A DNA stretch of 64,000 nt from an uncultured delta proteobacterium (GCA_963776345.1 CAVZMH010000007.1:32001-96000), one strand, 5' to 3'. Shown: positions 41,526 through 51,291, numbered from the stretch's first letter. The notes: a model not told the origin generated them from the sequence alone. Program-made: numbers and translations.

Positions 41526-42488
41526 CTACAGCGCGACCCCGAGGCCGATCCACGGCCCCTGGTACCGCTCGGAGTGGGGGACGCCGTCCACGAGGCCCCG
41601 GTCGTCGAGGTAGGTCCAGTGGTATCCGCCACGGATCGCGATGGGCCCCCAGCCGAGGCTCACCCCGGCGAAGGCGTCGAACTCCACGAAGGGGGTGGGC
41701 GTGTAGCTCACCTGGCCCTCGAGCCCCAGCGGCCCGAGCAGGCCGAGCGCCGCCGACACGCCGAGCGAAGGTCCGATGCGTGACAGGTCCGGGGCGAAGG
41801 CGCCGCTGGCACCGAGGTGCAGCCGGAGGCGACCCAGTGGCCCGCTCAGCAGGGCGTAGGTGAGGTGCAGGTGGACGACGTTGATGGTGTCCGTCCCCGG
41901 CCCGTCGAGCGAGTCCAGGTAGAAGCCGTTCCACTGCGCGAGGACGCCCCAGTGCTCGCCCTCCACCCCGAGCCCGAGCCCGAAGGCGCTGCCCTTGGAC
42001 TCGACGGTCTGGCCGTAGCCGGTGAAGCTCACGATGCTCCGCCTGACCGTGCGCTCGGGCTCGAGCGGCAACCCGTCCTCGTCGACGGGAACACCCGGAG
42101 GGGGCGGCGGAAGGTTGCTCGGCGGGTAGATGCCCCGGTCGTAGACGCCCTGCGGGTAGCTGCCCGGCGGGTAGGTGCCGGGAGGGTAGGTGCCGGGAGG
42201 GTAGGAGGCGCCGTACGGCGCGACGACGGTCGGCGGCCCCCACGGGTCCCAGAGCCAGCCGCGGTAGCCGAATCCCCACCCGTACACGTAGGGCGCAGGG
42301 ACGGGCTGGACGACGGGGGGCGCCCCGCGCGGGACCCACCCGCCACCGGCGCTCCCGCCCGACGTGGGGGGCGGGGGAGCTGGCCGCGGCGGCGCGGTGC
42401 GCATGCCGAACCGTCCCTGGGCGAGCGACGGGCCGGCGGTGAGGAGGACACCGACGAGCAGCGGGAGCAGTCGAAGACGAGAGAACAT
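41526..42488 (-). CDS. Exported protein with YPPG repeats and a beta-barrel-like C-terminus
   Basis: Signal peptide; Pro-rich segment SYPPGTYPPGTYPPGSYPQG; amphipathic strands ending GPWIGLGVAL. Confidence 0.7.
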   Translation of the reverse strand: MFSRLRLLPLLVGVLLTAGPSLAQGRFGMRTAPPRPAPPPPTSGGSAGGGWVPRGAPPVVQPVPAPYVYGWGFGYRGWLWDPWGPPTVVAPYGASYPPGTYPPGTYPPGSYPQGVYDRGIYPPSNLPPPPPGVPVDEDGLPLEPERTVRRSIVSFTGYGQTVESKGSAFGLGLGVEGEHWGVLAQWNGFYLDSLDGPGTDTINVVHLHLTYALLSGPLGRLRLHLGASGAFAPDLSRIGPSLGVSAALGLLGPLGLEGQVSYTPTPFVEFDAFAGVSLGWGPIAIRGGYHWTYLDDRGLVDGVPHSERYQGPWIGLGVAL

Positions 42489-42815
42489 CGGTGCGCTCTT
42501 CCGACGCTGCGAGATCTCGCGGGATTCATCCAGGGGGACTCCCGGACAATCGCCCCGTCCCTGGCCGCCCGGCCGACCCCCGCCGCGAGAAGGCCTGCAC
42601 ATCCGCGCGTTGCCGCGAGACCGGGCTCCGGGCATGAAGCCCGCGTAGCAGACAAGGGAGACGGCGATGCGCAGGCAGAGCAGGGACCCGGGGCTGGGTC
42701 ACACCGCGCGTGGATTCCGGAGACTCGGGGAACTCGACGGAGACCCGGGCGCGGGCGGTTTCGGCGAGGTGCTGGTGGGCGCCGGCCGCGGGGCTGCGAG
42801 CACGTCGGTGTTCCC

Positions 42816-43772
42816 GTGAACCGGCTCCGGCAATTCCTCCCCCCGTTCCTGTTCGCGCTCGGAATCGCGGCCTGCCTTCTCGGCGTGCTCTCCTCCTCCG
42901 CCGCGCTCGTCTCGGGCGTCCTCCTCGGCGTGCTGCTCGGCAACCCCTTCCTGGCGCGGACCCGCACGCTGACCTCGAGGTTGCTGGCGCTCTCGGTGAT
43001 GGGCCTGGGCGCAGGCATGGACCTCCGGGTCGTCGGCCGGGTGGGGCTCCATGGCATCGGCTACACCATCGTGGGCATCTCCTTCGCGCTGAGCGTGGGT
43101 CTCCTTCTGGGCCGGCTGTTCCGGACCGAGCGGGACACCTCCATCCTGCTCTCGGCCGGGACGGCCATCTGCGGCGGGAGCGCGATCGCCGCGCTCGCCC
43201 CGGTGCTGCGGGCCGAGCAGCACGAGGTCTCGGTGGCCCTCGGCGTGGTGTTCCTGCTCAATGCCGTCGCGCTCCTGGTGTTCCCACCGGTGGGCCACGT
43301 GCTGGGGCTGTCCCAGACCCAGTTCGGCCTCTGGAGCGCGCTGGCCATCCACGACACGAGCTCGGTCGTCGGCGCGGCGCTCCAGTACGGCCGGCAGGCG
43401 CTGGAGGTCGGTACGACGGTGAAGCTGGCGCGCGCGCTGTGGATCGTCCCGCTCACCTTCGCGGTGGGTGCGGTGGTGGCGCGCGGGGCCAAGGAGCGCC
43501 CGGGGCAGTCTCCCCGCCGGCCCTGGTTCATCCTCGGCTTCCTGCTCGCCGCGGCCCTGGCGACGTTCGTCCCGGTGCTCCATCCCGCCGCGGGGCTGGT
43601 GAGCGAGGCGGCGCGGCGGATGCTGGTCGCCACGCTGTTCCTCATCGGGGCCAACCTGACCCGCGACACGCTCCGGATGGTGGGGTTCCGGCCGCTGGTC
43701 CAGGGGCTCTTCCTCTGGGCGGCGGTGGGGACGGGAACGCTCGGGGCGATCCTCGCCGGCTGGATCCGCTAG
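42816..43772 (+). CDS. YeiH/PSE-family putative sulfate exporter
   Basis: Motifs GTAICGGSAIAA, AIHDTSSVVGA, VKLARALWI; many TMs. Confidence 0.9.
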   Translation: MNRLRQFLPPFLFALGIAACLLGVLSSSAALVSGVLLGVLLGNPFLARTRTLTSRLLALSVMGLGAGMDLRVVGRVGLHGIGYTIVGISFALSVGLLLGRLFRTERDTSILLSAGTAICGGSAIAALAPVLRAEQHEVSVALGVVFLLNAVALLVFPPVGHVLGLSQTQFGLWSALAIHDTSSVVGAALQYGRQALEVGTTVKLARALWIVPLTFAVGAVVARGAKERPGQSPRRPWFILGFLLAAALATFVPVLHPAAGLVSEAARRMLVATLFLIGANLTRDTLRMVGFRPLVQGLFLWAAVGTGTLGAILAGWIR

Positions 43773-43870
43773 CGACCGCCCGGCTCGTCGTCCTTCCGGA
43801 GCAGGATGGCCTGCAGACCCTGGAGCCGGGAGCTCCCGGAGGACTTCCTCTTGCTTTTCGCCCGTCTTCC

Positions 43871-43999
43871 TACGCCGTCTGGGCGCAGGCCCACGGCCTG
43901 GCGATGCTCCAGCTCACCCACCTCAAGGGATCCGGTGCCGATTTCGAGAGCGCCGACGAGCAGGCTCTGTGCGCGTTGCTCGCCGGCTGGACCCGGTAG
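43871..43999 (+). pseudogene. 3' remnant of a TetR-family regulator (WHG-type C-terminal domain)
   Basis: Reads YAVWAQAHGLAMLQLTHLKGSGADFESADEQALCALLAGWTR*, with no HTH or credible start upstream. Confidence 0.55.
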
Positions 44000-44016
44000 C
44001 AAAGGAGAAGGAAACC

Positions 44017-45486
44017 ATGACCTCGACCCGCCGGAATCCTCGAGAGGCTCTGTTGCTCGCTGCGGGCGCCGTGCTGATCGTGGCGGCCAATCTCCGCTGG
44101 TCCGTCGGGCTCCTCGCCTGGGTGGCCCCCTTCCCGCTGCTGCGCTTCCTCCGCCTGCGCAACGGCTGGGGGGCGCGGCTTCTCGTGCTCCTGGCCCTGT
44201 CGGTGGGCTGGTGCGCCGCGACGTGGAAGATCGCCACCGCTCCTCTGCCCTCGAGCTTCGCCCTGCTCGGCCTGGGGTTCGCGCTCTTCAACTGGGTTCC
44301 GTACCTCGTCCGGGAGCAGGTCCGGAGGCGGAGCGAGACGCTGGCCGTGTTCGCCTTCGCCGCCGCGGTGGTGGTCGAGGAGTTCCTCCAGCCCCGCCTG
44401 ACGCCACTGGCGACGTGGGGATCGGTGGCCTTCACCCAGCTCGACGACCTGCCATTCCTGCAGCTCGCGGCGCTCACCGGAGCGGCGGGGATCACCTTCC
44501 TGGTGGCCTGCACCGCCGCGGCGCTGGAGGCGGTGCTGGTCCCCGCACCGGCAGGCCGCCCGCGCCGGGTGCTCCTCGCCTCCCTGGTGGCGGTCGCCCT
44601 GGCCCACGTGTACGGCGCGGCGCGGCTGGCGACGCCGCTCCCGAAGGAGACCGTCACCGTCGCCGCGGTGGGAACCACGCTCGAGTTCGGACCGTCCACG
44701 CCCTTCCCCGGTGCGGAGGAGCGCGCTCGGGCGCTCGACGCGCTCCTGGACGACACCCGGGCCGCCGCCCGGGCCGGCGCGCGTCTGGTGGTCTGGAACG
44801 AAGCCTCGGAGCTGGTGCTGCGCGACGAGGAGGAGCAGGTCGCCCGGCGGATCGGCGCGGTGGCCCGGGAGCTCGGGGTGGAGATCGTCGCCGCGTACAT
44901 CGTGCCCCGCACCGCCAGGCCGCTGCTCTACGAGAACGTTCTCCTCTGGCTATCCTCGGATGGAGAGGTGGTGACCCGCTACCTGAAGCACCGCCCGGCT
45001 CCCGGGGAGCCTGCGGTCCGTGGAACCGGTCCCCTTCCCGTCCGTGACACTCCGCTCGGTCGCATCGGGGCGGCGCTCTGCTACGACGAGGACGATCCGG
45101 CCCTGGCGCTCGAGCAGGGGCGGGCAGAGGTGGACCTGGTGGCGCTTCCGTCCAGCGACTGGCGCGGCATCGATCCGCTCCACACGCAGATGGCGGCGCT
45201 CCGCGCGGTGGAGAACGGCGTGTCCATCGTTCGCTCCACGCGCTCCGGACTGAGCGCGGGCATCGACCCGCTGGGCAGGGCCCGCGCCTGGCAGTCCTCC
45301 TTCGAGACCGAGGAGCGGGTGCTCCGGGTGGTCCTCCCCAGGCACCGGCTCCCCACGCTCCACGCGGTGGCGGGGGAGCTCGGGGTGTACGCATCGGGCC
45401 TCTTCCTGCTCGTGCTCGGCACCGCGGCGCTGCTGCGGCGCCTCTCGCGGAGATCCAGCTCTCTCGTCCCCTCGCGCGCCTCGTAG
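44017..45486 (+). CDS. Apolipoprotein N-acyltransferase-like membrane carbon-nitrogen hydrolase
   Basis: N-terminal TMs; E-K-C triad motifs VWNE, YLKH, ALCYD; RAVENG. Strong AAGGAG RBS. Confidence 0.85.
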   Translation: MTSTRRNPREALLLAAGAVLIVAANLRWSVGLLAWVAPFPLLRFLRLRNGWGARLLVLLALSVGWCAATWKIATAPLPSSFALLGLGFALFNWVPYLVREQVRRRSETLAVFAFAAAVVVEEFLQPRLTPLATWGSVAFTQLDDLPFLQLAALTGAAGITFLVACTAAALEAVLVPAPAGRPRRVLLASLVAVALAHVYGAARLATPLPKETVTVAAVGTTLEFGPSTPFPGAEERARALDALLDDTRAAARAGARLVVWNEASELVLRDEEEQVARRIGAVARELGVEIVAAYIVPRTARPLLYENVLLWLSSDGEVVTRYLKHRPAPGEPAVRGTGPLPVRDTPLGRIGAALCYDEDDPALALEQGRAEVDLVALPSSDWRGIDPLHTQMAALRAVENGVSIVRSTRSGLSAGIDPLGRARAWQSSFETEERVLRVVLPRHRLPTLHAVAGELGVYASGLFLLVLGTAALLRRLSRRSSSLVPSRAS

Positions 45487-45537
45487 GGCGCGGGCCCCGA
45501 GCCGTGGGGTACCGGCCAGCCCCCGGCAGTTAGGTCA

Positions 45538-47346
45538 TCACTGGTAACCCTTTGCCTGCAGCGTGAAGAGGTGCGCGTAGCGCCCGCCGAGCGCCATCAG
45601 CTCCTCGTGCGTGCCCTGCTCGGCGATCTTCCCCTGCTCGATGACCACGATGCGGTCGGCCCGGCGCACGGTGGAGAAGCGGTGCGAGATGAGGAGGGTG
45701 GTCCGCCCGTGGGCGAGCTGGCGGAAGCGCTCGAAGATGGCGTGCTCGGCCTCGGCGTCCAGCGCGGCGGTGGGCTCGTCGAGGACCAGGATGTCCGCCT
45801 CCTCGCGCATGAAGGCCCGGGCCAGCGCCACCTTCTGCCACTGGCCGCCGGACAGCTCGGTGCCTTCCTTGAACCAGCGGCCGAGCGGCGTCTCCAGCCC
45901 CGCGGGCAGGGTCCGGAGCACCTCGTCGGCCCCGCCGCGGCCGACGGCGCGCTCGAGCCGCTCCAGATCCTCGGCGTGCTCCACGCTCCCGAAGCCCACG
46001 TTGTCGCGAAAGCGAAACTGGTACTGGTTGAAGTCCTGGAAGATGACGCCGATGCGGCGCCGGAGCGCCTCCTCGTCCCACGTTCGCAGGTCGCGCCCGT
46101 CGAGCAGGATGCGCCCCTCGGTGGGCTCGTACAGCCGGGTGAGCAGCTTGATGAAGGTGGTCTTGCCCGCGCCGTTCTGTCCGACCAGGGCGAGGCTCTG
46201 GCCGCGGGGGATGAACAGCGAGACGTGCCGCAGCGCCCAGCCCTCGGCGCCCGGGTACCGGAAGCCCACGTCGTCGAAGCGGACGCCCTCTTCCTGTCCG
46301 GCAGGGAGCGCGTCGAGCCCGGGCGGCGGCGCCGGCCGCCCGGTGGGGATGGCCAGGTACTCGAACAGGTTCGACAGGTAGAGGTTGTCCTCGTACATGC
46401 CGCCGATCGCGGTGAGGATGCTCTGGAAGGCCTGCTGCCCCTGACGGAAGGCGACGATGTAGAGCGTCATCAGGCCCAGGGTGAGCCGGCCCGCGGCGGT
46501 GGCCACGGCCATCAGCGCGTAGCAGACGTAGAAGGCGCCGGTGCCGATCAGGCTCAGGGCGGTGCCCCAGCCCGCGCGCTGCACCGCGAGCTTCCGGTCC
46601 TCGAGGTAGAAGCGCTCGCCCAGCGAGCGGTAGCGATCGAGCAGGAGCGGGCCGAGGCCGAAGAGCTTCACCTCCTTGACGTGCTCGTCGTTGGCGATGA
46701 CGTACTCGAGGTACATGAGCCGCCGGCTCTCCGGGCTCCGCCAGTTGCGCACCCGGAAGGCCAGCGCGCTGAAGCGCATCTCGGCCACGGTGGCGGGGAT
46801 GGCGGCGACCACCAGCCCGAGCACCGCCCAGCCCGAGAACCGCACCAGCAGCGCGACGTAGCCGGCGAGGGTGAGGAGGTTCTGGACGAGCTGGAAGGAC
46901 TCGGTGACCACCGAGATCGGGCGGCTGGACGCCTCGCGCCGGGCGCGGGTCAGCCGGTCGTAGAACTCGGGGTCCTCGAAGTGGCGGAGCTCGAGCGAGA
47001 GCGCCTTTTCGAGAATCCGCCCGTTGATGACCAGCCCCAGCCGCGCGCCGAGGAGCTGGCGGACCAGGCCGAGGCCGCGGAGGGCGAACGCCTGCAGGGC
47101 GACCACCCCCAGCTCGGTGAGCACCCAGCGGAGCGTGCCCGCTGCGTCCCGGGCGACCACCGCGTCCATGATCTCCTTGCCCACGTAGGCGACCGCGAGC
47201 GGCACCACCGCCGAGACGAGGGTCAACGCCGCGAGCGCCAGCGTGAGGCGCGACGAGGCAGACCACACCAGGGCCAGCGTGGCCCGGGTGTGCTGGAAGC
47301 TCTCGCGAAGGACGGAGAGCCGGAATCGTGTGACGTCCTCGGCCAC
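45538..47346 (-). CDS. ABC exporter, fused permease/ATP-binding protein
   Basis: TM domain, Walker A GQNGAGKT, signature LSGGQWQ, Walker B ILVLDEPT, SHR. Start approximate. Confidence 0.93.
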   Translation of the reverse strand: MAEDVTRFRLSVLRESFQHTRATLALVWSASSRLTLALAALTLVSAVVPLAVAYVGKEIMDAVVARDAAGTLRWVLTELGVVALQAFALRGLGLVRQLLGARLGLVINGRILEKALSLELRHFEDPEFYDRLTRARREASSRPISVVTESFQLVQNLLTLAGYVALLVRFSGWAVLGLVVAAIPATVAEMRFSALAFRVRNWRSPESRRLMYLEYVIANDEHVKEVKLFGLGPLLLDRYRSLGERFYLEDRKLAVQRAGWGTALSLIGTGAFYVCYALMAVATAAGRLTLGLMTLYIVAFRQGQQAFQSILTAIGGMYEDNLYLSNLFEYLAIPTGRPAPPPGLDALPAGQEEGVRFDDVGFRYPGAEGWALRHVSLFIPRGQSLALVGQNGAGKTTFIKLLTRLYEPTEGRILLDGRDLRTWDEEALRRRIGVIFQDFNQYQFRFRDNVGFGSVEHAEDLERLERAVGRGGADEVLRTLPAGLETPLGRWFKEGTELSGGQWQKVALARAFMREEADILVLDEPTAALDAEAEHAIFERFRQLAHGRTTLLISHRFSTVRRADRIVVIEQGKIAEQGTHEELMALGGRYAHLFTLQAKGYQ

Positions 47347-47743
47347 CGGTGCTCGTTCCGGTAACCCGGCGCGACCGAGACTGCAATGGCGCAGACCTCG
47401 CTTGCCCCGGTGAGACGGCGCGGGCACGGTGCGCACCATGCGGCGCTCGGACATCCGGCCTGCGCGACCTCGGTGCGCTCGGGAGTGGCATGGTCGAGCT
47501 GGTCAGAGCGGTCTCGCGATCGTTCGGGGATCCCAAGTTGCGTTCCACGTCCCGAAACGATCGCGGATCGGGCCCGCCGTCGATCCTGAGCCGACGCTGG
47601 CGCTGCAGGCCGGTCGGAGAGGACACCCCGGCCACCGACGCTCGAGTGACTGCGTCCCCCCCGGGGCGAGAACTGCGGTTTCCGGCCCCCGCTTCTGAGC
47701 CGAAGTGTTCAGCGGCGCATCGGCCCGCGACGCGCCGGACGCT

Positions 47744-48469
47744 CTAGCTCCTGCCGGGCGGCACGGCGGCGGTCCCGAGGGCGACGACGCGCCCCCCGGC
47801 CTCCTGCACGAAGGCCACCACCCGGAGCTGCTCTCGCCGCCAGCTGGGCGACACCCCGAGACGAACGTGGTGCTCGGCGGCGACCGGCCCGTCGTCGACG
47901 AGGAGCCGCGCGACCGGCGCGTGGGCGAGCGTCAGCCCGCGGTTCTCCCCCCGCTCCACCTTGCTGGTCAGCCGGTCCTCGGACAGCGCCACCATCAGCC
48001 GCCCCCTGAGGCCGGCCGGAGGATGGACCGTCACCTCGAGTCCCGGACGGGCGCCCACCACCACCACCTCGAGTCGAGCCTTGCTCCGCGCGGCGGCCTT
48101 CTCCACCCCGCGCCGCAACCCCGACGGGCTGGCGACACCGGAGACCCACCCGTCCACCACCATCTGCGGCGTGTACAGGCCGTCGCCCCCGAGGATCCGC
48201 GCGTACTCCTCCTGGCGCGCGGTGAACTCCGGAGCGGAGTAGGGGTCCGCCCAGCCGAGCTGGTTCCAGTAGTCCACGTGCAGCTCGAGCGGGACGACCT
48301 CGGCCGACTTCAGCGCCGGGTCGCGCGCCAGCGCCGCAAGCGCGGCGTCCGCCTGCGGGCAGGACGAGCACCCCTCGGAGGTGAAGAGCTCGACCAGCAC
48401 CGGAGGACGGGGCTCGGCGAGGGCGAGGGCGGGGCCGAGCGCGGCGAGGGCGAGGAGGAAACGGATCAT
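47744..48469 (-). CDS. DUF1223 thioredoxin-like exported protein
   Basis: Motifs VELFTSEGCSSCP, HVDYWN, YTPQMVVDG, GENRG. Confidence 0.9.
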   Translation of the reverse strand: MIRFLLALAALGPALALAEPRPPVLVELFTSEGCSSCPQADAALAALARDPALKSAEVVPLELHVDYWNQLGWADPYSAPEFTARQEEYARILGGDGLYTPQMVVDGWVSGVASPSGLRRGVEKAAARSKARLEVVVVGARPGLEVTVHPPAGLRGRLMVALSEDRLTSKVERGENRGLTLAHAPVARLLVDDGPVAAEHHVRLGVSPSWRREQLRVVAFVQEAGGRVVALGTAAVPPGRS

Positions 48470-48476
48470 CGAGGTC

Positions 48477-49223
48477 TCAGGGAACGTGGCTCCCGGTCGG
48501 CAGCGCCCGACGGAGGGGAACGGCGAGCAGCGCGACGGCGAGCCAGGGAAGCGCGTGGAAGCCCATGAGGTGCGGTGCGCTGCCGTCGGTGCAGTGCCAG
48601 TGGAGGGCGAAGAGGCCCGTCGCCGCCGCCGAGAGGCCGAGCGCGGCGGTGCGTGCCGGATCGAGCGCCATCCCGCGCAGCAGCGAGAGGCCCACGGCGA
48701 GCGGGACGACGGCGGTGAGGAGCACCGTCACCAGGCAGGGCATCGCCGTGCGCATCGTGGTCGCGGTGTGGACGCCGTTGCCGGAGACGACGAGCAGGAG
48801 CGGAACGACGGGCACCAGCCACAGGAGCAGCCGTGGCCGGCGGCGGCCGGGCGCGAGCGCCAGGACGCTCCCCACCGTCACCAGCGCCAGGAGCAGCGCG
48901 CCGACCAGCCCGAGCGCCAGATGATTCGCCAGGGGAGCGCTCCAGTTCCGGGTGCCGAGCATCGCCGCCACGACCAGCGCCACGCCGCCCTGGAGGAGCG
49001 CCACCCGCCCGGCGTCGCGGGTCCACGGCCTGGCCGGAGTCGTCCGGAGCACCTCGAGCGCGCGGCGGCGCATCGCCTCCAGCGAGGGGGCCGGAGCGGG
49101 CGCCGCGGACGGCTCGAGGGGCAGGAGCGGCCCGCAGACGGTGCAGCCCTGCGCATGGGCCCGGTGCGCGGGCTCGAGCCGGTCCGAGGCGAGCGCGTCG
49201 AGGAAGCGGTCGCAGTCGCTCAT
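48477..49223 (-). CDS. NrsF/DUF1109-like membrane anti-sigma factor
   Basis: N-terminal zinc-finger-like HAQGCTVC, about 6 TMs, LHWHC...FHA; ATGA overlap with the sigma factor gene. Confidence 0.75.
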   Translation of the reverse strand: MSDCDRFLDALASDRLEPAHRAHAQGCTVCGPLLPLEPSAAPAPAPSLEAMRRRALEVLRTTPARPWTRDAGRVALLQGGVALVVAAMLGTRNWSAPLANHLALGLVGALLLALVTVGSVLALAPGRRRPRLLLWLVPVVPLLLVVSGNGVHTATTMRTAMPCLVTVLLTAVVPLAVGLSLLRGMALDPARTAALGLSAAATGLFALHWHCTDGSAPHLMGFHALPWLAVALLAVPLRRALPTGSHVP

Positions 49224-49792
49224 GCGGACTCCTTCTCGGACGCGAGGAGGACGCGAAGCCGCTCGTACCCGCGGTGGGCGCGGACCTTCACCGCGGTCTC
49301 GGTGACGCCGAGCAGCTCCGCGATCTCCCGGAACGAGAACCCCTCGAAGCGGTGGAGCACGATGGCCTCCCGCTGGTTCTCCGGCAGCTGCGCCAGGGCG
49401 GCCTCCACCGTCCGGGAGAGCCCCGGATCGGGGAGCGGCGTCGGCTCGGCGGCGGTCTCGGGGAGCTCGTCCGTGGCGTGGGGCTCCTCGCGGCGGTGCC
49501 GCCGGAGGTGGTCGCGCGCCGCGTTGACCGCCACCGTGTACAGCCACGGCCGGAACGGCGCCCCCCGCTGGTACCGTCCCCGGGCGCGAACGATGGACAG
49601 GAACGTCGTCTGGAGGACGTCGTCTGCGGCCGGACCGACCATGCGGCGCAGGGCCCCCTGCAGGCGGCCGGCGTGCCGCGTGAACAGCTCGGAAAACGCC
49701 TGTTCCTCGCCCTGGACGAATCGCTCCATCAGCTGCTCATCGGTCTCGGTGCTTCCCGAGGGGGTACGCAGGGGGGGCGGAACAGGTTTCAC
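49220..49792 (-). CDS. ECF RNA polymerase sigma factor
   Basis: Region 2 (ADDVLQTTF, PWLYTVAVN) and region 4 (GFSFREIAELLG, VKVRAHRG). Confidence 0.93.
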   Translation of the reverse strand: MKPVPPPLRTPSGSTETDEQLMERFVQGEEQAFSELFTRHAGRLQGALRRMVGPAADDVLQTTFLSIVRARGRYQRGAPFRPWLYTVAVNAARDHLRRHRREEPHATDELPETAAEPTPLPDPGLSRTVEAALAQLPENQREAIVLHRFEGFSFREIAELLGVTETAVKVRAHRGYERLRVLLASEKESA

Positions 49793-49906
49793 CGGGGGCT
49801 CGCTGGCTTAGCACGCGTCCGCGGCCGGACGGATTCATGCTAGGTCCTCTGCGGTCACGGCAGGCCCGGGATGGCCTCGGTGCCGCGTGCTGGAGGTAGA
49901 CCCCCG

Positions 49907-50185
49907 ATGAAGAAGATGATCGCCGCGCTCGTGCTCTCCCTTCCCCTGGTCGGCTTCGCCCAGACCGCGGAGAAAGTGGGTGCCGACACCAAGGCCGCCG
50001 CGGAGAAGGTGGGCGCCGACACCAAGGCCACCGCGGAGAAGGTGGGCGCTGACACCAAGGCCACCGCGGACAAGGTGGGTGCCGAGGCGAGCAAGACCGC
50101 GACCACAACCAAGAAGAAGGCCAAGCACAGCGCGAAGAAGGCCTCCAGCGACGCCAAGGCGGCTGTCGACTCGATGACCAAGTAG
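49907..50185 (+). CDS. Small secreted protein with four 11-aa (33-bp) repeats
   Basis: GGAGG RBS; signal peptide MKKMIAALVLSLPLVGFA; TAEKVGADTKA-type repeats at 49964-50095; Lys-rich tail. Confidence 0.8.
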   Translation: MKKMIAALVLSLPLVGFAQTAEKVGADTKAAAEKVGADTKATAEKVGADTKATADKVGAEASKTATTTKKKAKHSAKKASSDAKAAVDSMTK

Positions 50186-50219
50186 CGGTCGCCCCCGGCC
50201 CTCCAGGCGGGAAACCACG

Positions 50220-50256
50220 CGCCCCGGCGACCCTCGAGGGTGGCCGGGGCGTTGTT
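50220..50256 (+). terminator. GC-rich hairpin, possible intrinsic terminator
   Basis: CGCCCCGGCGACCC-TCGA-GGGTGGCCGGGGCG followed by TTGTT. Confidence 0.45.
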
Positions 50257-50342
50257 GCCCTGAGAGGAACGGTCGATTCCAGGCGCCCCCGGGGTTGCGG
50301 CCGGCGGCGGAACGATGAATCTGGGTGTTCAGGAGAACCCCG

Positions 50343-51221
50343 ATGCCCACCCCCCGTCCCCTCAGCCGCGTCATCCAGGCCCACACCCAGGAGGAAGGGG
50401 CCGGCTTCGTCGTCCGCCGCCCGTTCCCTGCGCCGGGGCTGGTGCAGATCGATCCCTTCCTCCTCCTCGACGAGATGGGCCCCGTCGAGTACGCGCCCGG
50501 CCAGGCGGTGGGCGCGCCCGACCATCCCCACCGCGGCTTCGAGACGGTCACCTACCTGCTCGAGGGCGACTGGGAGCACGAGGACTCCGCGGGGCACAAG
50601 GGCCACATCGGGCCGGGCGACGTGCAGTGGATGACCGCCGGGGCGGGCGTGGTCCACTCCGAGCTGCCGTCGCAGCGCATCCGCGAGCAGGGCGGCCGGG
50701 TCCACGGCTTCCAGATCTGGGTCAACCTCCCCAGGGGCGACAAGATGATGGCGCCCCGCTACCAGGAGATCCCCAGCGGCCGCCTCCCCGAGAGGACCAG
50801 CGAGGACGGCCTGGCCCGTGTCCGGCTCCTGGCGGGCGAGGCGCTGGGCGGCAAGGCGGTCATCGAGACTCGCACCCCCGTGCTCCTGCACGACTGGACG
50901 CTGTCCCCGGGCGCGCAGATCGACGTGCCGGTCCCGGCCGACTTCCAGGTGTTCGCCTACCTGTTCGGCGGGGCGGTGCGCACCGGCGTCGAGGGACGCG
51001 AGGTGCGCGACGGACAGGCGGCGCTGTTCGGGGCCGGCGACTCGATCCGGCTCGCCGTCCCCGCGGACGCCGGGCGCCCGGCGCGGCTCCTGCTCCTCGG
51101 CGGCGTTCCGCTGCGCGAGCCGGTGGCGCGCTACGGGCCGTTCGTGATGAACAGCCCCGAGGAGATCCACCAGGCCATCGTGGACTTCCAGGCGGGACGG
51201 CTGGGGGCGATCGCCCGCTGA
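50343..51221 (+). CDS. Pirin family protein
   Basis: Motifs DPFLLLD, HPHRGFETVTY, QWMTAGAGVVHSE, GPFVMN. Confidence 0.95.
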   Translation: MPTPRPLSRVIQAHTQEEGAGFVVRRPFPAPGLVQIDPFLLLDEMGPVEYAPGQAVGAPDHPHRGFETVTYLLEGDWEHEDSAGHKGHIGPGDVQWMTAGAGVVHSELPSQRIREQGGRVHGFQIWVNLPRGDKMMAPRYQEIPSGRLPERTSEDGLARVRLLAGEALGGKAVIETRTPVLLHDWTLSPGAQIDVPVPADFQVFAYLFGGAVRTGVEGREVRDGQAALFGAGDSIRLAVPADAGRPARLLLLGGVPLREPVARYGPFVMNSPEEIHQAIVDFQAGRLGAIAR

Positions 51222-51291
51222 GCCGCGCAGGCGCCGCAGGCGTTCCGGTCGCGCCGCGGACTCCCCCTGCTGCCGCAGCCCCGGCCGCGGC

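Noticed and set aside
42120..42210. 15-bp tandem repeats
   Set aside because: They encode YPPG(T/S) linker repeats within a CDS.
42625..42650. Sigma54-like GG-N10-GC promoter
   Set aside because: It lacks the TGGCAC/TTGC consensus, and such matches arise by chance in GC-rich DNA.
49964..50095. 33-bp tandem repeats as a possible CRISPR array
   Set aside because: The repeats are contiguous and in-frame with synonymous variation; there are no spacers and no cas genes.
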